Shown piece after piece: positions 10,229 through 18,401 of a stretch of 64,000 nt of DNA. Below the pieces are notes generated by a model. It searched no databases. It was not told the origin of the DNA and was given only the letters and a program-made list of their open reading frames with translations. Origin of the DNA: an uncultured Desulfovibrio sp. (GTDB taxonomy: Bacteria; Desulfobacterota; Desulfovibrionia; Desulfovibrionales; Desulfovibrionaceae). A program made the translations under genes and the position numbers. The stretch lies in contig NZ_CALUYG010000004.1 in the NCBI RefSeq assembly GCF_944324935.1, forward strand, positions 18,470 through 82,469, written 5' to 3'. Each line of letters opens with the position of its first letter. Position 1 is the stretch's first letter.

Positions 10229-11260
10229 GAAGGTGACGGCGCCGCCCCGCAGGACGGCCACAAGCCCTCCCGGGAACTGGAAGCGCGTATTGCCCCGGCC
10301 CTCCTGCCAGGCCTGATCCAGCGCCAGCAGGCGTTCGGCGCGGGCCTGTCCGCCGTGGCGGCGGTTCAGGTGGCGCAAGGCCCGCAGGTAGAGGCGCAGG
10401 CGCACGGCCGGGGGATGGGCGCGGAGCAGGGCGCGGGGGAGGATGATGCCGTCCTCGGTCTGCTGCCAGGGCGTCAGGGCAAGGGCCGCATCCAGCGTGC
10501 GTTCCCAGTAAGCGGCGTCCAGCTGGGCCAGCTGCCAGAGGCGGGATGCCGATTCGCCGTAGGCGGGGTTTTCCCTCTCCAGCAGGGGCAGGACGGTGTG
10601 ACGCAGGCGGTTTCGCAGGAAGGCGGGATCGTTGTTGGAGTTGTCCTCACTCCACGGGACCCCCCATTCGGTCAGCCATTGCCGGAGTTCTTTGCCAGAC
10701 AGGGGCAGGAGGGGCCGCAGAAGGCGGCGTTCCTGATCACAGGCGGGCATGCCGCCCAGCGCTGGCCAGCCCGTGCCGCGCAAAAGCCGCATGAGCTGAT
10801 CCTCACAGAGATCTTCGCGCTGATGGCCGGTGAGCAGCCAGTGGCAGCCCGTTTGCCGGCGCACGTCTTCCAGCAGGGCATAGCGGGCCTTGCGGGCCGT
10901 TTCTTCCAGACCTGTCCCGGCCGCGCGGGCCATGTCCCGCACCGGGGCATGGCGGAGATGGTGGGGGATATGCAGCGCGGCGCAGAGACGCCGTACCTGC
11001 TCGCATTCGGCATCGGCTTCCGCCCGCAGACCGTGGTTGACGGTGCAGGCATGCAGCCGCCAGTCCTGGCGGGGAGCGAGCAGGGCAAGGATGACGGTCA
11101 GGGCGGTGGAGTCCCCCCCGCCGGAGACCGCCAGCAGCAGCGACTGACCGCGGACGACGCCGAAGCGGAGAAGGCGGTTTTCCAGCCGCAGGCACTCGCG
11201 GGTCACGGCGGGCCGCAGCTCCCGGAGCGATGCCGGGGGGACGAACAGAGGAGGCGTCAC
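10202..11260 (-). CDS. tilS: tRNA(Ile)-lysidine synthetase
   Basis: LLAVSGGGDS, VNHGLR, LEETARKARY, GHQREDLCEDQLMRLLRGTG, RPLL, NRLRH; GTG start is tentative. Confidence 0.93.
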   Translation of the reverse strand: MTPPLFVPPASLRELRPAVTRECLRLENRLLRFGVVRGQSLLLAVSGGGDSTALTVILALLAPRQDWRLHACTVNHGLRAEADAECEQVRRLCAALHIPHHLRHAPVRDMARAAGTGLEETARKARYALLEDVRRQTGCHWLLTGHQREDLCEDQLMRLLRGTGWPALGGMPACDQERRLLRPLLPLSGKELRQWLTEWGVPWSEDNSNNDPAFLRNRLRHTVLPLLERENPAYGESASRLWQLAQLDAAYWERTLDAALALTPWQQTEDGIILPRALLRAHPPAVRLRLYLRALRHLNRRHGGQARAERLLALDQAWQEGRGNTRFQFPGGLVAVLRGGAVTFGTTPPDQK

Positions 11261-11342
11261 GGCTAGCCTGCTGCGAAGGCGCAAGGAGAGAAGGATACGG
11301 ATCCGCCCGGGCGGCGGATGCCGGACGCACGGGGCGGGCAGG

Positions 11343-11678
11343 CTAGTGCGGCAGATCGCATTCGCTGATGAGCTCTTCCAGCCGGTCGATGAGCGCCTGG
11401 CGGGTGGCGCTGTCCGCCGGGGCGACACAGTCGCAGTGCAGGCGGTTGCAGGCGCGGACCAGCAGTTCCAGACGCAGAAAGTCCTCGCCGATCTCCAGCG
11501 AGACGGCATAGGGACCGCAGCGGGCGGCATGTTCCCGCTGCAGGGGTGACCAGAGGCTTTCCGGCACGGGCAGCCAGAAAAGCCCCTCAAGCGAGGAGGC
11601 GTAGCCGCGCTCGCGCGCAAAGTCCGCCAGACGGCGGCAGAGTTCCGGCGGCAGATCTTCCGCAAGATAGGCGCGCAT
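11343..11678 (-). CDS. Hypothetical protein between hemA and tilS
   Basis: 111-aa ORF whose start overlaps the hemA stop; Cys-containing C-terminus. Confidence 0.75.
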   Translation of the reverse strand: MRAYLAEDLPPELCRRLADFARERGYASSLEGLFWLPVPESLWSPLQREHAARCGPYAVSLEIGEDFLRLELLVRACNRLHCDCVAPADSATRQALIDRLEELISECDLPH

Positions 11679-12979
11679 CAGCTTTTCTCCCGTGGTGCGG
11701 CGCGGCTACAGGTCCCGCCGTCCAGATTGAAGATGCGCCGCATCAGGCTTATGCGCGAGGCGCTGCCCTCATGCGAGCCCGCTCCCTCCTTGAGGAAGAC
11801 GATGGGATCATGGTTCATCTTGCGGACCAGCGCCCGCGCCATCACGTCGAGGGCCTCGCGTACCTCATCGGAAACGGGCCCCAGCCGTTTGAGCGTGCGG
11901 GCAAGTTCCTCTTCGGCAAGATGTTCGCCGCGCTGGATGAGGTCCACAATGGTGGGCTGCATGTCCAGCCCCTGTACCCATTGCTCGAAATGTCCCACCT
12001 CGTCATCGACGATCTCGGCGGCTTTTTGCGCTTCATCCCGGCGGGAGGCGAGATTTTCTTCAACTACTTCTTTAAGGTCGTCGATATCATACAGATAGAC
12101 GTTGTCCAGCCCGTTGACGTCGGGGTCGATGTCGCGGGGGACGGCGATGTCGATGAAGAACATGGGCCGGTTTTTGCGGGCCTTGAGCACGCTGCGGATG
12201 TCGCGGGCGCGGATGACCGGCTCCGGCGAGCCTGTGGAGGCGATGATGATGTCCACATCCACCAGATGGGCGGCAATGGCCTCAAAGGCGATGGCCCGGC
12301 CGTTGAACTGCCGGGCGAGCTCCTGGCCGCGCGCAAGGGTGCGGTTGGCGACGAGGATCTCCGCGATGCCGGCTTGCAGCAGATGGGTGGCGGCCAGTTC
12401 GGCCATCTCGCCGGCCCCCAGCAGCATGGCCCGATGGGAGGGCATGTCGCCGAAGATGCGTTTGGCCAGCTCCACGGCGGCATAGCTGATGGAAACGGCG
12501 CTGGAGGCCACGGCGGTCTCCGTCCGTACGCGTTTGGCCACGGAAAAGGCCTTGTGCAGCAAACGGTTGAGGATGAGCCCCGTGGTATGGCAGGCCGCGG
12601 CCTTGCGGTAGGCCGTCTTGAGCTGGCCCAGGATCTGGGGCTCGCCCAGCACCATGGAATCCAGACTGGAGGCGACGGTAAAGAGGTGGCGTATGGCCTC
12701 GACACCCTTATATATATAGACGTAGGGCCGCAGGTCTTCCACCGGAGCCTTGCAGGTATGGGCCCAGTCGCTCAGCATCTGTTCGGCCATGTCGCCGTGG
12801 CCGGCGGCCAGCAGCTCCACGCGGTTGCAGGTGGAGAGAATCAGGGCCTCGCTGATGGCTCCCTCACAGGGGACGGCCCAGCTGTCCGCCGAGCAGTGAT
12901 CGACCAGCGCGAAGCGCTCGCGCACATCCACGCCCGCCGTGCGGTGATTGAGCCCCACAAGTACAAGATCGCAGTTCAT
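11678..12979 (-). CDS. hemA: Glutamyl-tRNA reductase
   Basis: VGLNHRTA, LSTCNRVE, SLDSMVLGEPQILGQ, LGAGEM, DIAVPRDI. Confidence 0.98.
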   Translation of the reverse strand: MNCDLVLVGLNHRTAGVDVRERFALVDHCSADSWAVPCEGAISEALILSTCNRVELLAAGHGDMAEQMLSDWAHTCKAPVEDLRPYVYIYKGVEAIRHLFTVASSLDSMVLGEPQILGQLKTAYRKAAACHTTGLILNRLLHKAFSVAKRVRTETAVASSAVSISYAAVELAKRIFGDMPSHRAMLLGAGEMAELAATHLLQAGIAEILVANRTLARGQELARQFNGRAIAFEAIAAHLVDVDIIIASTGSPEPVIRARDIRSVLKARKNRPMFFIDIAVPRDIDPDVNGLDNVYLYDIDDLKEVVEENLASRRDEAQKAAEIVDDEVGHFEQWVQGLDMQPTIVDLIQRGEHLAEEELARTLKRLGPVSDEVREALDVMARALVRKMNHDPIVFLKEGAGSHEGSASRISLMRRIFNLDGGTCSRAAPREKS

Positions 12980-12988
12980 GGTGATAGA

Positions 12989-13816
12989 TCAGCCTCTGAT
13001 GAAGGCGTGGTGCGTTTCCATGAAGGTGTTCACCACGATGATGGAAAAAAGGCACAGACCAAAGATGATGACCACAAGTCGCGCGGGCTTGCGGCCCCGC
13101 CAGCCACGGGTCAGCCGGTTATGGAAAAGGACGGCCAGCAGCAGCCAGACGGTAAGGCTGATGACCTCCTTGGGGTCGCCGTTGAAGGTGGCGCCGAAAA
13201 CGGGTTTGGCCCAGACGAGACCGGCGACGATGCCCAGCGTGTAGAGCGGGAAGGTCGTCAGGACCGCAAAGGCATTGATCTTGTCCAGCAGGGAAAGGGC
13301 GGGCATATCCTGCCAGAAACCCTTCATAGCCTGCTTGCTCTTGATGCGACCTTCCAGAAAAAGGAAGATGCAGCCCGCCGCAAAGGCCAGCGTCAGCAGG
13401 CCGAGGCTGAGGAAGAGCGCGCCGATATGCAGGGTGTAGAACGGGGCGCTCAACTGAGGGGGGATCTTCACCACCGCCGAGAGATAGGGGGCCGACATGA
13501 TGAAGAGGATGAGCGCCAGCGGCGCGGACAGGATGAGGGTGGCCTCCTGCCGGTAGCGTAGACGGGAGATGAGCCCGCAGAGCAGGACGAACCAGGCCAG
13601 CATCTGGAGATAGGCCCCCAGGCTGAGTCCCCCCGGCAGGGTGGAGTGGAAGCCCAGCGCCAGCATGAGCGTCTGGACAAGGAAGCCGAAACCGGCCAGC
13701 CAGCAGCCGGCCTTACGCAAGGCGGCGCTGCGCAGCATCATGCCGCTGATGCCGGCAAGGCTGGCCGCTCCGTAGAGGCACAGGGTGAGCAGAGTGGAGG
13801 ATTCAGGCGAGATCAT
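12989..13816 (-). CDS. ccsA: Cytochrome c assembly protein (CcsA/HemX-like)
   Basis: Polytopic membrane ORF with LHI...AF and W-rich GLVWAKPVFG...DPKE motif; lies between sirC and hemA. Confidence 0.8.
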   Translation of the reverse strand: MISPESSTLLTLCLYGAASLAGISGMMLRSAALRKAGCWLAGFGFLVQTLMLALGFHSTLPGGLSLGAYLQMLAWFVLLCGLISRLRYRQEATLILSAPLALILFIMSAPYLSAVVKIPPQLSAPFYTLHIGALFLSLGLLTLAFAAGCIFLFLEGRIKSKQAMKGFWQDMPALSLLDKINAFAVLTTFPLYTLGIVAGLVWAKPVFGATFNGDPKEVISLTVWLLLAVLFHNRLTRGWRGRKPARLVVIIFGLCLFSIIVVNTFMETHHAFIRG

Positions 13817-14483
13817 GCAGAAACTCCGGTATGCGGGCATGCAGTTCCGGCGGCAGGCTCTGTGTGAGGAAGGCGCGGCAGGCCTCCAGGTCGCCGTCCT
13901 GCAACCAGTGTTGCAAGGGGGATTCCGCCAGGCTGCGGAACAGTTTGCCATTCTGCCCCGAGTCGCTGGACAAGGCAAGCACGCAGGGGCGCAGGCGGCC
14001 CATGAGCCGGGCCATGCGCACGCGGGGCGCAAGCCAGTCCTCCAGCTCCCGCCGCCAGCGGCGGGCCAGAGCCGGGCTGGCTCCCCCCGTGGAAAGGGCC
14101 AGCATGAGCTCTCCTTGCCGGGCAAGGGCGGGCACTTGAAAATTTCCCGTCTCGGGAGCGTCCGCACAATTGCAGAGGACGCCATGCGTCCGGCACAAGG
14201 CAACGATGCGGGCATTTTCCGCACGATCGCCCGTTGCGGCAAACGCCAGCCGGCAGCCCGCCACGTCCGCTTCCGTGCATGCGCGCCGGGCATGCCGCAC
14301 CCGGGGGGATGCCAGCAGGACGGCGGCCTCGGCGGACGGTTCGGCGACGTCAAAGGTCAGCACCATTGCGGCGCCCGCGTCCAGCAGGCCCCGCAGCTTG
14401 CGGCAGCCGACATCGCCCAGCCCCGCCACGAGGCAGCGGGCGTCATGCAGATCGAGAAACAGAGGATAGAGGTCGGATTTCAT
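13803..14483 (-). CDS. sirC: Precorrin-2 dehydrogenase (CysG N-terminal domain type)
   Basis: YPLFLDL..ARCLVAGLGDVGCRKL, AFAATGD, LCNCAD, ALSTGGASPALAR. Confidence 0.85.
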   Translation of the reverse strand: MKSDLYPLFLDLHDARCLVAGLGDVGCRKLRGLLDAGAAMVLTFDVAEPSAEAAVLLASPRVRHARRACTEADVAGCRLAFAATGDRAENARIVALCRTHGVLCNCADAPETGNFQVPALARQGELMLALSTGGASPALARRWRRELEDWLAPRVRMARLMGRLRPCVLALSSDSGQNGKLFRSLAESPLQHWLQDGDLEACRAFLTQSLPPELHARIPEFLHDLA

Positions 14484-14610
14484 AGGTCACCCCCGGCAGT
14501 ATACGCAAGCCGACGCCGTGCGCAAGGGGGGGAGGGGAGGCTTTTCTTGCCTCTCCGTACGGCTTGGGCTAGGCTGGAATGTCGTCTGCCCGGCTGCGGG
14601 CGGCAAAGGA

Positions 14611-15876
14611 ATGCTTATGCCCCGATTTCTTGTCATCCAGTCCGCCCGTCTGGGGGATCTTGTGCAGACGCGTCGTCTCCTGCTGACGCTGGCGGCACGG
14701 GGGGAAACGCATCTCGCCGTGGATACGGGGCTCGTGCCGCTGGCCCGCGTGCTCTATCCCTTTGCCCGGCTGCATGCCCTGCCGCTCTATACGCGGGATG
14801 CGGCCGTCGCCGTCCGGCAGGTCGGCGACGTGCTGCGGGCCTGGCGCGAGCTGGATTTTGCGGCCGTCTACAACTGCAACTTCTCGTCGGCCGGGGCAAG
14901 CCTCTGCCGCCTTTTCGCGCCGGAGCTGGTGCACGGCTACCGGCCGGGCCGCGGCGGCCCCGAACGATCCCCCTGGGCCAGACGAGCCTTTCGGCTGACG
15001 GAGCACCGTGCCTGCGGCAGTCTCAATCTGGTGGACTACTGGGGGCATTTCGCGCCGGAGCCCATCGCTCCCGATGCGGTCAATCCCCCGGCAGCGGGCG
15101 GCGGGGCCGGTCTGGGCGTGGTGCTGGCCGGGCGGGAGTCCCGTCGTTCCCTGCCGGTCCCGCTGCTGGCACGCATCGTGCGTACGCTGCATGATCTCAT
15201 GGGGGGGCCGCGCGTGCGTCTGCTGGGCACGGCGCAGGAGCGCCCGGCCGCCCGTCGTCTGTTGCGCGAGCTGCCGTCCCGCATGCTCGACAATGTGGAA
15301 GACCTGAGCGGCAGGACAGATCTGCCAGCTCTGGTGGAGGCCGTGCGTGGTCTGGACAGGCTGGTGACGCCGGATACCGGCATCATGCATCTTGCCGCCG
15401 CGCTGGGCGTGCCGGTGCTGGCCTTTTTCCTGTCCTCGGCGTATGCGCATGAGACGGGCCCATACGGAGTGGGCCATACCGTCATCCAGGCGGATATTCC
15501 CTGCGTGCCCTGTCTGGAATCGGCTCCCTGTCCGTATGACGTACGCTGCCGGCTTCCGTTTGAGGACGAACATCTGCCTGGCGCGCTGGTGGCCCTGGTG
15601 CAGGGGGATACGTCGGCGGCGGGCAGACGGCTCCCTGCCGGGCTGCAATGCTGGACGAGCGGACTGGATGCCCTGGGCGGCGTGCTGCGGCTCGCGGCGG
15701 GGCAGGATTCCCGGGCGGCCCTGCGCCGTGCCGCCCGCCGGGAACTGGCCGCCTGGCTGGGGACGCCGCTGCCGGACATGACCGGCGACGAGGCGTCCGC
15801 TGCCGCTGAAGAGACTGTGCGTCGCTGGCTGCGTGCCGACAGCGACTGGATGTTGCCCCCCAGGAGGTATAGCTGA
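14611..15876 (+). CDS. Glycosyltransferase family 9 (heptosyltransferase-like)
   Basis: VIQSARLGDLVQT, DLSGRTDLPAL, LVTPDTGIMHLAAALGVP. Confidence 0.85.
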   Translation: MLMPRFLVIQSARLGDLVQTRRLLLTLAARGETHLAVDTGLVPLARVLYPFARLHALPLYTRDAAVAVRQVGDVLRAWRELDFAAVYNCNFSSAGASLCRLFAPELVHGYRPGRGGPERSPWARRAFRLTEHRACGSLNLVDYWGHFAPEPIAPDAVNPPAAGGGAGLGVVLAGRESRRSLPVPLLARIVRTLHDLMGGPRVRLLGTAQERPAARRLLRELPSRMLDNVEDLSGRTDLPALVEAVRGLDRLVTPDTGIMHLAAALGVPVLAFFLSSAYAHETGPYGVGHTVIQADIPCVPCLESAPCPYDVRCRLPFEDEHLPGALVALVQGDTSAAGRRLPAGLQCWTSGLDALGGVLRLAAGQDSRAALRRAARRELAAWLGTPLPDMTGDEASAAAEETVRRWLRADSDWMLPPRRYS

Positions 15877-17150
15877 TGTCGTCCCCTCTGCGTATTCTTG
15901 TGGTGCTGCCCCTGTATGGCGGCTCCCTGCCCATTGGCCGGTATTGCGCCAGAGCCCTGACCAGCATGGGGCATGCCGTGCGCCTTTTCGATGCGCCGGT
16001 CTTCCATTCCGCCTTTACCGGTCTGAAGACCCTGGAACTTCCTCCTTCCTCGCTGGGCCCGCTGGAAAATTCCTTCCTCCAGGTGCTCAATCAGGGCATC
16101 CTGGCGCAGGTGGAGCAGTTTGAACCGGATCTCGTGCTGGCGCTGGCGCAGGCGCCGCTGAACCGGCTCAGTCTGCAAAAGCTGCGCAAGGCCGGAGTGC
16201 GGACGGCCATGTGGTTCGTGGAGGACTGGCAGGTTTTTGATTACTGGCAGGCCTATGCACCGCTGTATGACGTCTTTGCCGTCATCCAGAAGGAGCCCTT
16301 CCAGGAAAAACTCGTCGCCGCGGGGCAGGAGCACGCCCCCTATCTGCCGCTGGCCGCTCTGCCCGAATTCCACCGGCCGCTGACGCTGACGGCGGAGGAA
16401 ACGCGGGAATACGGCGCGGACATCGGCTTTCTCGGGGCCGGATACCCCAACCGGCGGCTGGCGTTTCGTCCGCTGGCCGGACGGGATTTCAAGATCTGGG
16501 GGTCGGACTGGGACGGAGAGAGCGTGCTCGCCCCCTGCATTCAGCGGCAGGGACAGCGCATCGGCGAGGAGGAGAGCGTCAAGATCTACAATGCTTCACG
16601 CATCAATCTGAACCTGCATTCCAGCCTGAAAACGGACAGGCTGGTCAGTCACGGGGACTTCGTCAATCCGCGTACCTTTGAACTGGCGGCGATGGGAGCC
16701 TTCCAGCTGGTGGACAGGCGGCGGCTCCTGCCGGAGCTTTTTGCTGAAGATGAGCTGGCCTGTTTTGATTCCGAGTCTGAACTTTATGAAAAGATAGACT
16801 ATTTCCTCTCACATCCCGAAGAGCGGGCGCAGTACAGCCGGCGGGCACGGGAGCGCGTGCTGGCGGAGCATACCTATATGCAGCGGATGCAGCAGCTTCT
16901 GGACTATGTGGCCGAGGCATGCGGCCCGTGGCGGGCGGCAGCGGCACAGACAGTCATTGCGCAGCCCCTCCAGGAATTGCTGCAGCACCTCGAGCTGGGC
17001 CCCGGAGCATCTTTTGAGAATGTCGTCCACAGGTTGCGGCAGCAGAGTGGCGTTCTGAGCGACGTGGAAACGGCCATCCTCTTTCTGGACGAGTGGCGTC
17101 GTCAGTATCGCGGTGCAGGAGCGAAGTGTTGCCGGGTCACGCGCGGCTGA
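15876..17150 (+). CDS. Glycosyltransferase of CgeB/YkvP type
   Basis: FLGAGYPNR, IYNASRINLNLH, NPRTFELAAMGAFQL, VLAEHTY..R; start overlaps the upstream stop. Confidence 0.8.
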   Translation: MSSPLRILVVLPLYGGSLPIGRYCARALTSMGHAVRLFDAPVFHSAFTGLKTLELPPSSLGPLENSFLQVLNQGILAQVEQFEPDLVLALAQAPLNRLSLQKLRKAGVRTAMWFVEDWQVFDYWQAYAPLYDVFAVIQKEPFQEKLVAAGQEHAPYLPLAALPEFHRPLTLTAEETREYGADIGFLGAGYPNRRLAFRPLAGRDFKIWGSDWDGESVLAPCIQRQGQRIGEEESVKIYNASRINLNLHSSLKTDRLVSHGDFVNPRTFELAAMGAFQLVDRRRLLPELFAEDELACFDSESELYEKIDYFLSHPEERAQYSRRARERVLAEHTYMQRMQQLLDYVAEACGPWRAAAAQTVIAQPLQELLQHLELGPGASFENVVHRLRQQSGVLSDVETAILFLDEWRRQYRGAGAKCCRVTRG

Positions 17151-17560
17151 CGCCGTGGGGGAATTGGAACGGCGTCCGTGTTCCAGCGGTATGCCCGGAA
17201 ACGGCGGCAGGCATGTTTTATAACATATATTTCAAAGGGATAAAAACGGACAAACAGGCCAGGATGGGCGGTTTTCCGTTCCGTGAAACCTGGGTATTTT
17301 TTTAATATATTGAAATATATTGTTTTTATGTATTTTTTTTAATGGGGGCAGCGTCAATGACAGAAAAAAAACGTTTTTTTGAAATTTTCTAGAAAAGGTA
17401 TAAAGTTTTAATCATTTGATTTAATTGGATAAAAAAATGAAAAAAACATTGTACTTCATCTTGATTTTTTTCAACATGCTAGAATTTAAAGCTATTTTCA
17501 CATACTAGTCTTTTCCGGCAAAAGTGCGTAGGGTACAGAGAAACGTTTTGGGAGGGAGTT

Positions 17561-17956
17561 ATGAACATCAACAGCGTTGGGGTGTCTCGCGCGCAGTCAC
17601 CTTCGGAGACGGCGCGTTCGCGGCAGGCTGCGGGGTGCAGCTCGTTCGCAGAGACGTTCGAGTCACAGGCAGGCCTGCAGGCGACAGGGTGCGTCAATCC
17701 CCAGTTGTCCGCGGTCACGGGCCCGGGAGCCGTCCTTCCCCTGAAACAGGACGTGGCATCCCGGGAACCTTCTTCCGTGCTGAGCCAGGAAGAGAAGAAT
17801 TTTTTTGAATTGTATACCGCCCGCAAATATTTGAGCGAAAGCGAAATGCAATTCTTCAACAATGCAGCCCTTGGCGGCAAGGTCGCCCAGCGCAGCGAGA
17901 CCTATGGCCGGGCGTATGCCCAGCCTGCGCATGGAGCTTTGTCCCTTCAGGCCTAG
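17561..17956 (+). CDS. Hypothetical protein (131 aa)
   Basis: GGGAGGGAG RBS before ATG and a downstream terminator; no recognised family. Confidence 0.7.
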   Translation: MNINSVGVSRAQSPSETARSRQAAGCSSFAETFESQAGLQATGCVNPQLSAVTGPGAVLPLKQDVASREPSSVLSQEEKNFFELYTARKYLSESEMQFFNNAALGGKVAQRSETYGRAYAQPAHGALSLQA

Positions 17957-18012
17957 CAGGGCTGCACAACATGCTTTTGCCGTGCCGCCGGCTGCGGTGA
18001 CAAGGATGAGGG

Positions 18013-18054
18013 CATTCTCCCCATGTCCGCTGATTCGGGGAGAATGACTTTTTT
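18013..18054 (+). terminator. Intrinsic terminator after 17561-17956
   Basis: 10-bp stem CATTCTCCCC/GGGGAGAATG followed by ACTTTTTT. Confidence 0.7.
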
Positions 18055-18081
18055 CATCGGTAAAAAGCAGCGTTTTCTTGC

Positions 18082-18107
18082 AAAAAGGGGAGGCATCTCC
18101 CCTTTTT
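18082..18107. terminator. Bidirectional intrinsic terminator
   Basis: AAAAAGGGGAG-GCAT-CTCCCCTTTTT, perfect 11-bp stem with A and T tails. Confidence 0.75.
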
Positions 18108-18208
18108 TTGACAAAAAAGGAACTGCTGGGGGATTCGTTCCCAGATCAGAGCGGACAGCGCCCACAAGAGGGCGGGTATGGCGAGGCCGATGAAAAATTT
18201 GCATGACG
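18082..18208 (-). ncRNA. Candidate sigma54-dependent small RNA
   Basis: Bounded by a -24/-12 motif and a terminator; no ORF with an RBS; several internal hairpins. Inference only. Confidence 0.35.
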
Positions 18209-18218
18209 TGACGTTGTA

Positions 18219-18234
18219 AGCAAGTATCGTGCCG
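18219..18234 (-). promoter_or_regulatory. Sigma54 (RpoN) -24/-12 promoter motif
   Basis: Minus strand CGGCACGATACTTGCT has exact GG-N10-GC spacing and differs from TGGCACG-N4-TTGCW only at the first base. Confidence 0.6.
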
Positions 18235-18299
18235 GGAAATTTTTTCCGTGCATGTCCGCCACAGATCCTCCGGCCGGCGTACGCCTGCCTGTTGCATAG

Positions 18300-18328
18300 T
18301 TGCCTGGATCGACCATATCCATTATATA
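18300..18328 (+). promoter_or_regulatory. Candidate sigma70 promoter of the receiver-TPR gene
   Basis: TTGCCT-N17-TATATA; the same hexamers and spacing occur upstream of rpmB. Confidence 0.55.
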
Positions 18329-18401
18329 TGCCGTCTGTTGCCGGTGAAGCTGCGCTTTGCCGGATTGCGGGTCATGTTTCCCATGTAAGCTGGAGCAGAG
18401 A

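Noticed and set aside
17953-18297. 114-aa minus-strand ORF, and a hydrophobic FFIGLAIPALLWALSALIW stretch in another frame
   Set aside because: The first crosses two terminator hairpins and lacks an RBS. The second has no start codon after the upstream stop
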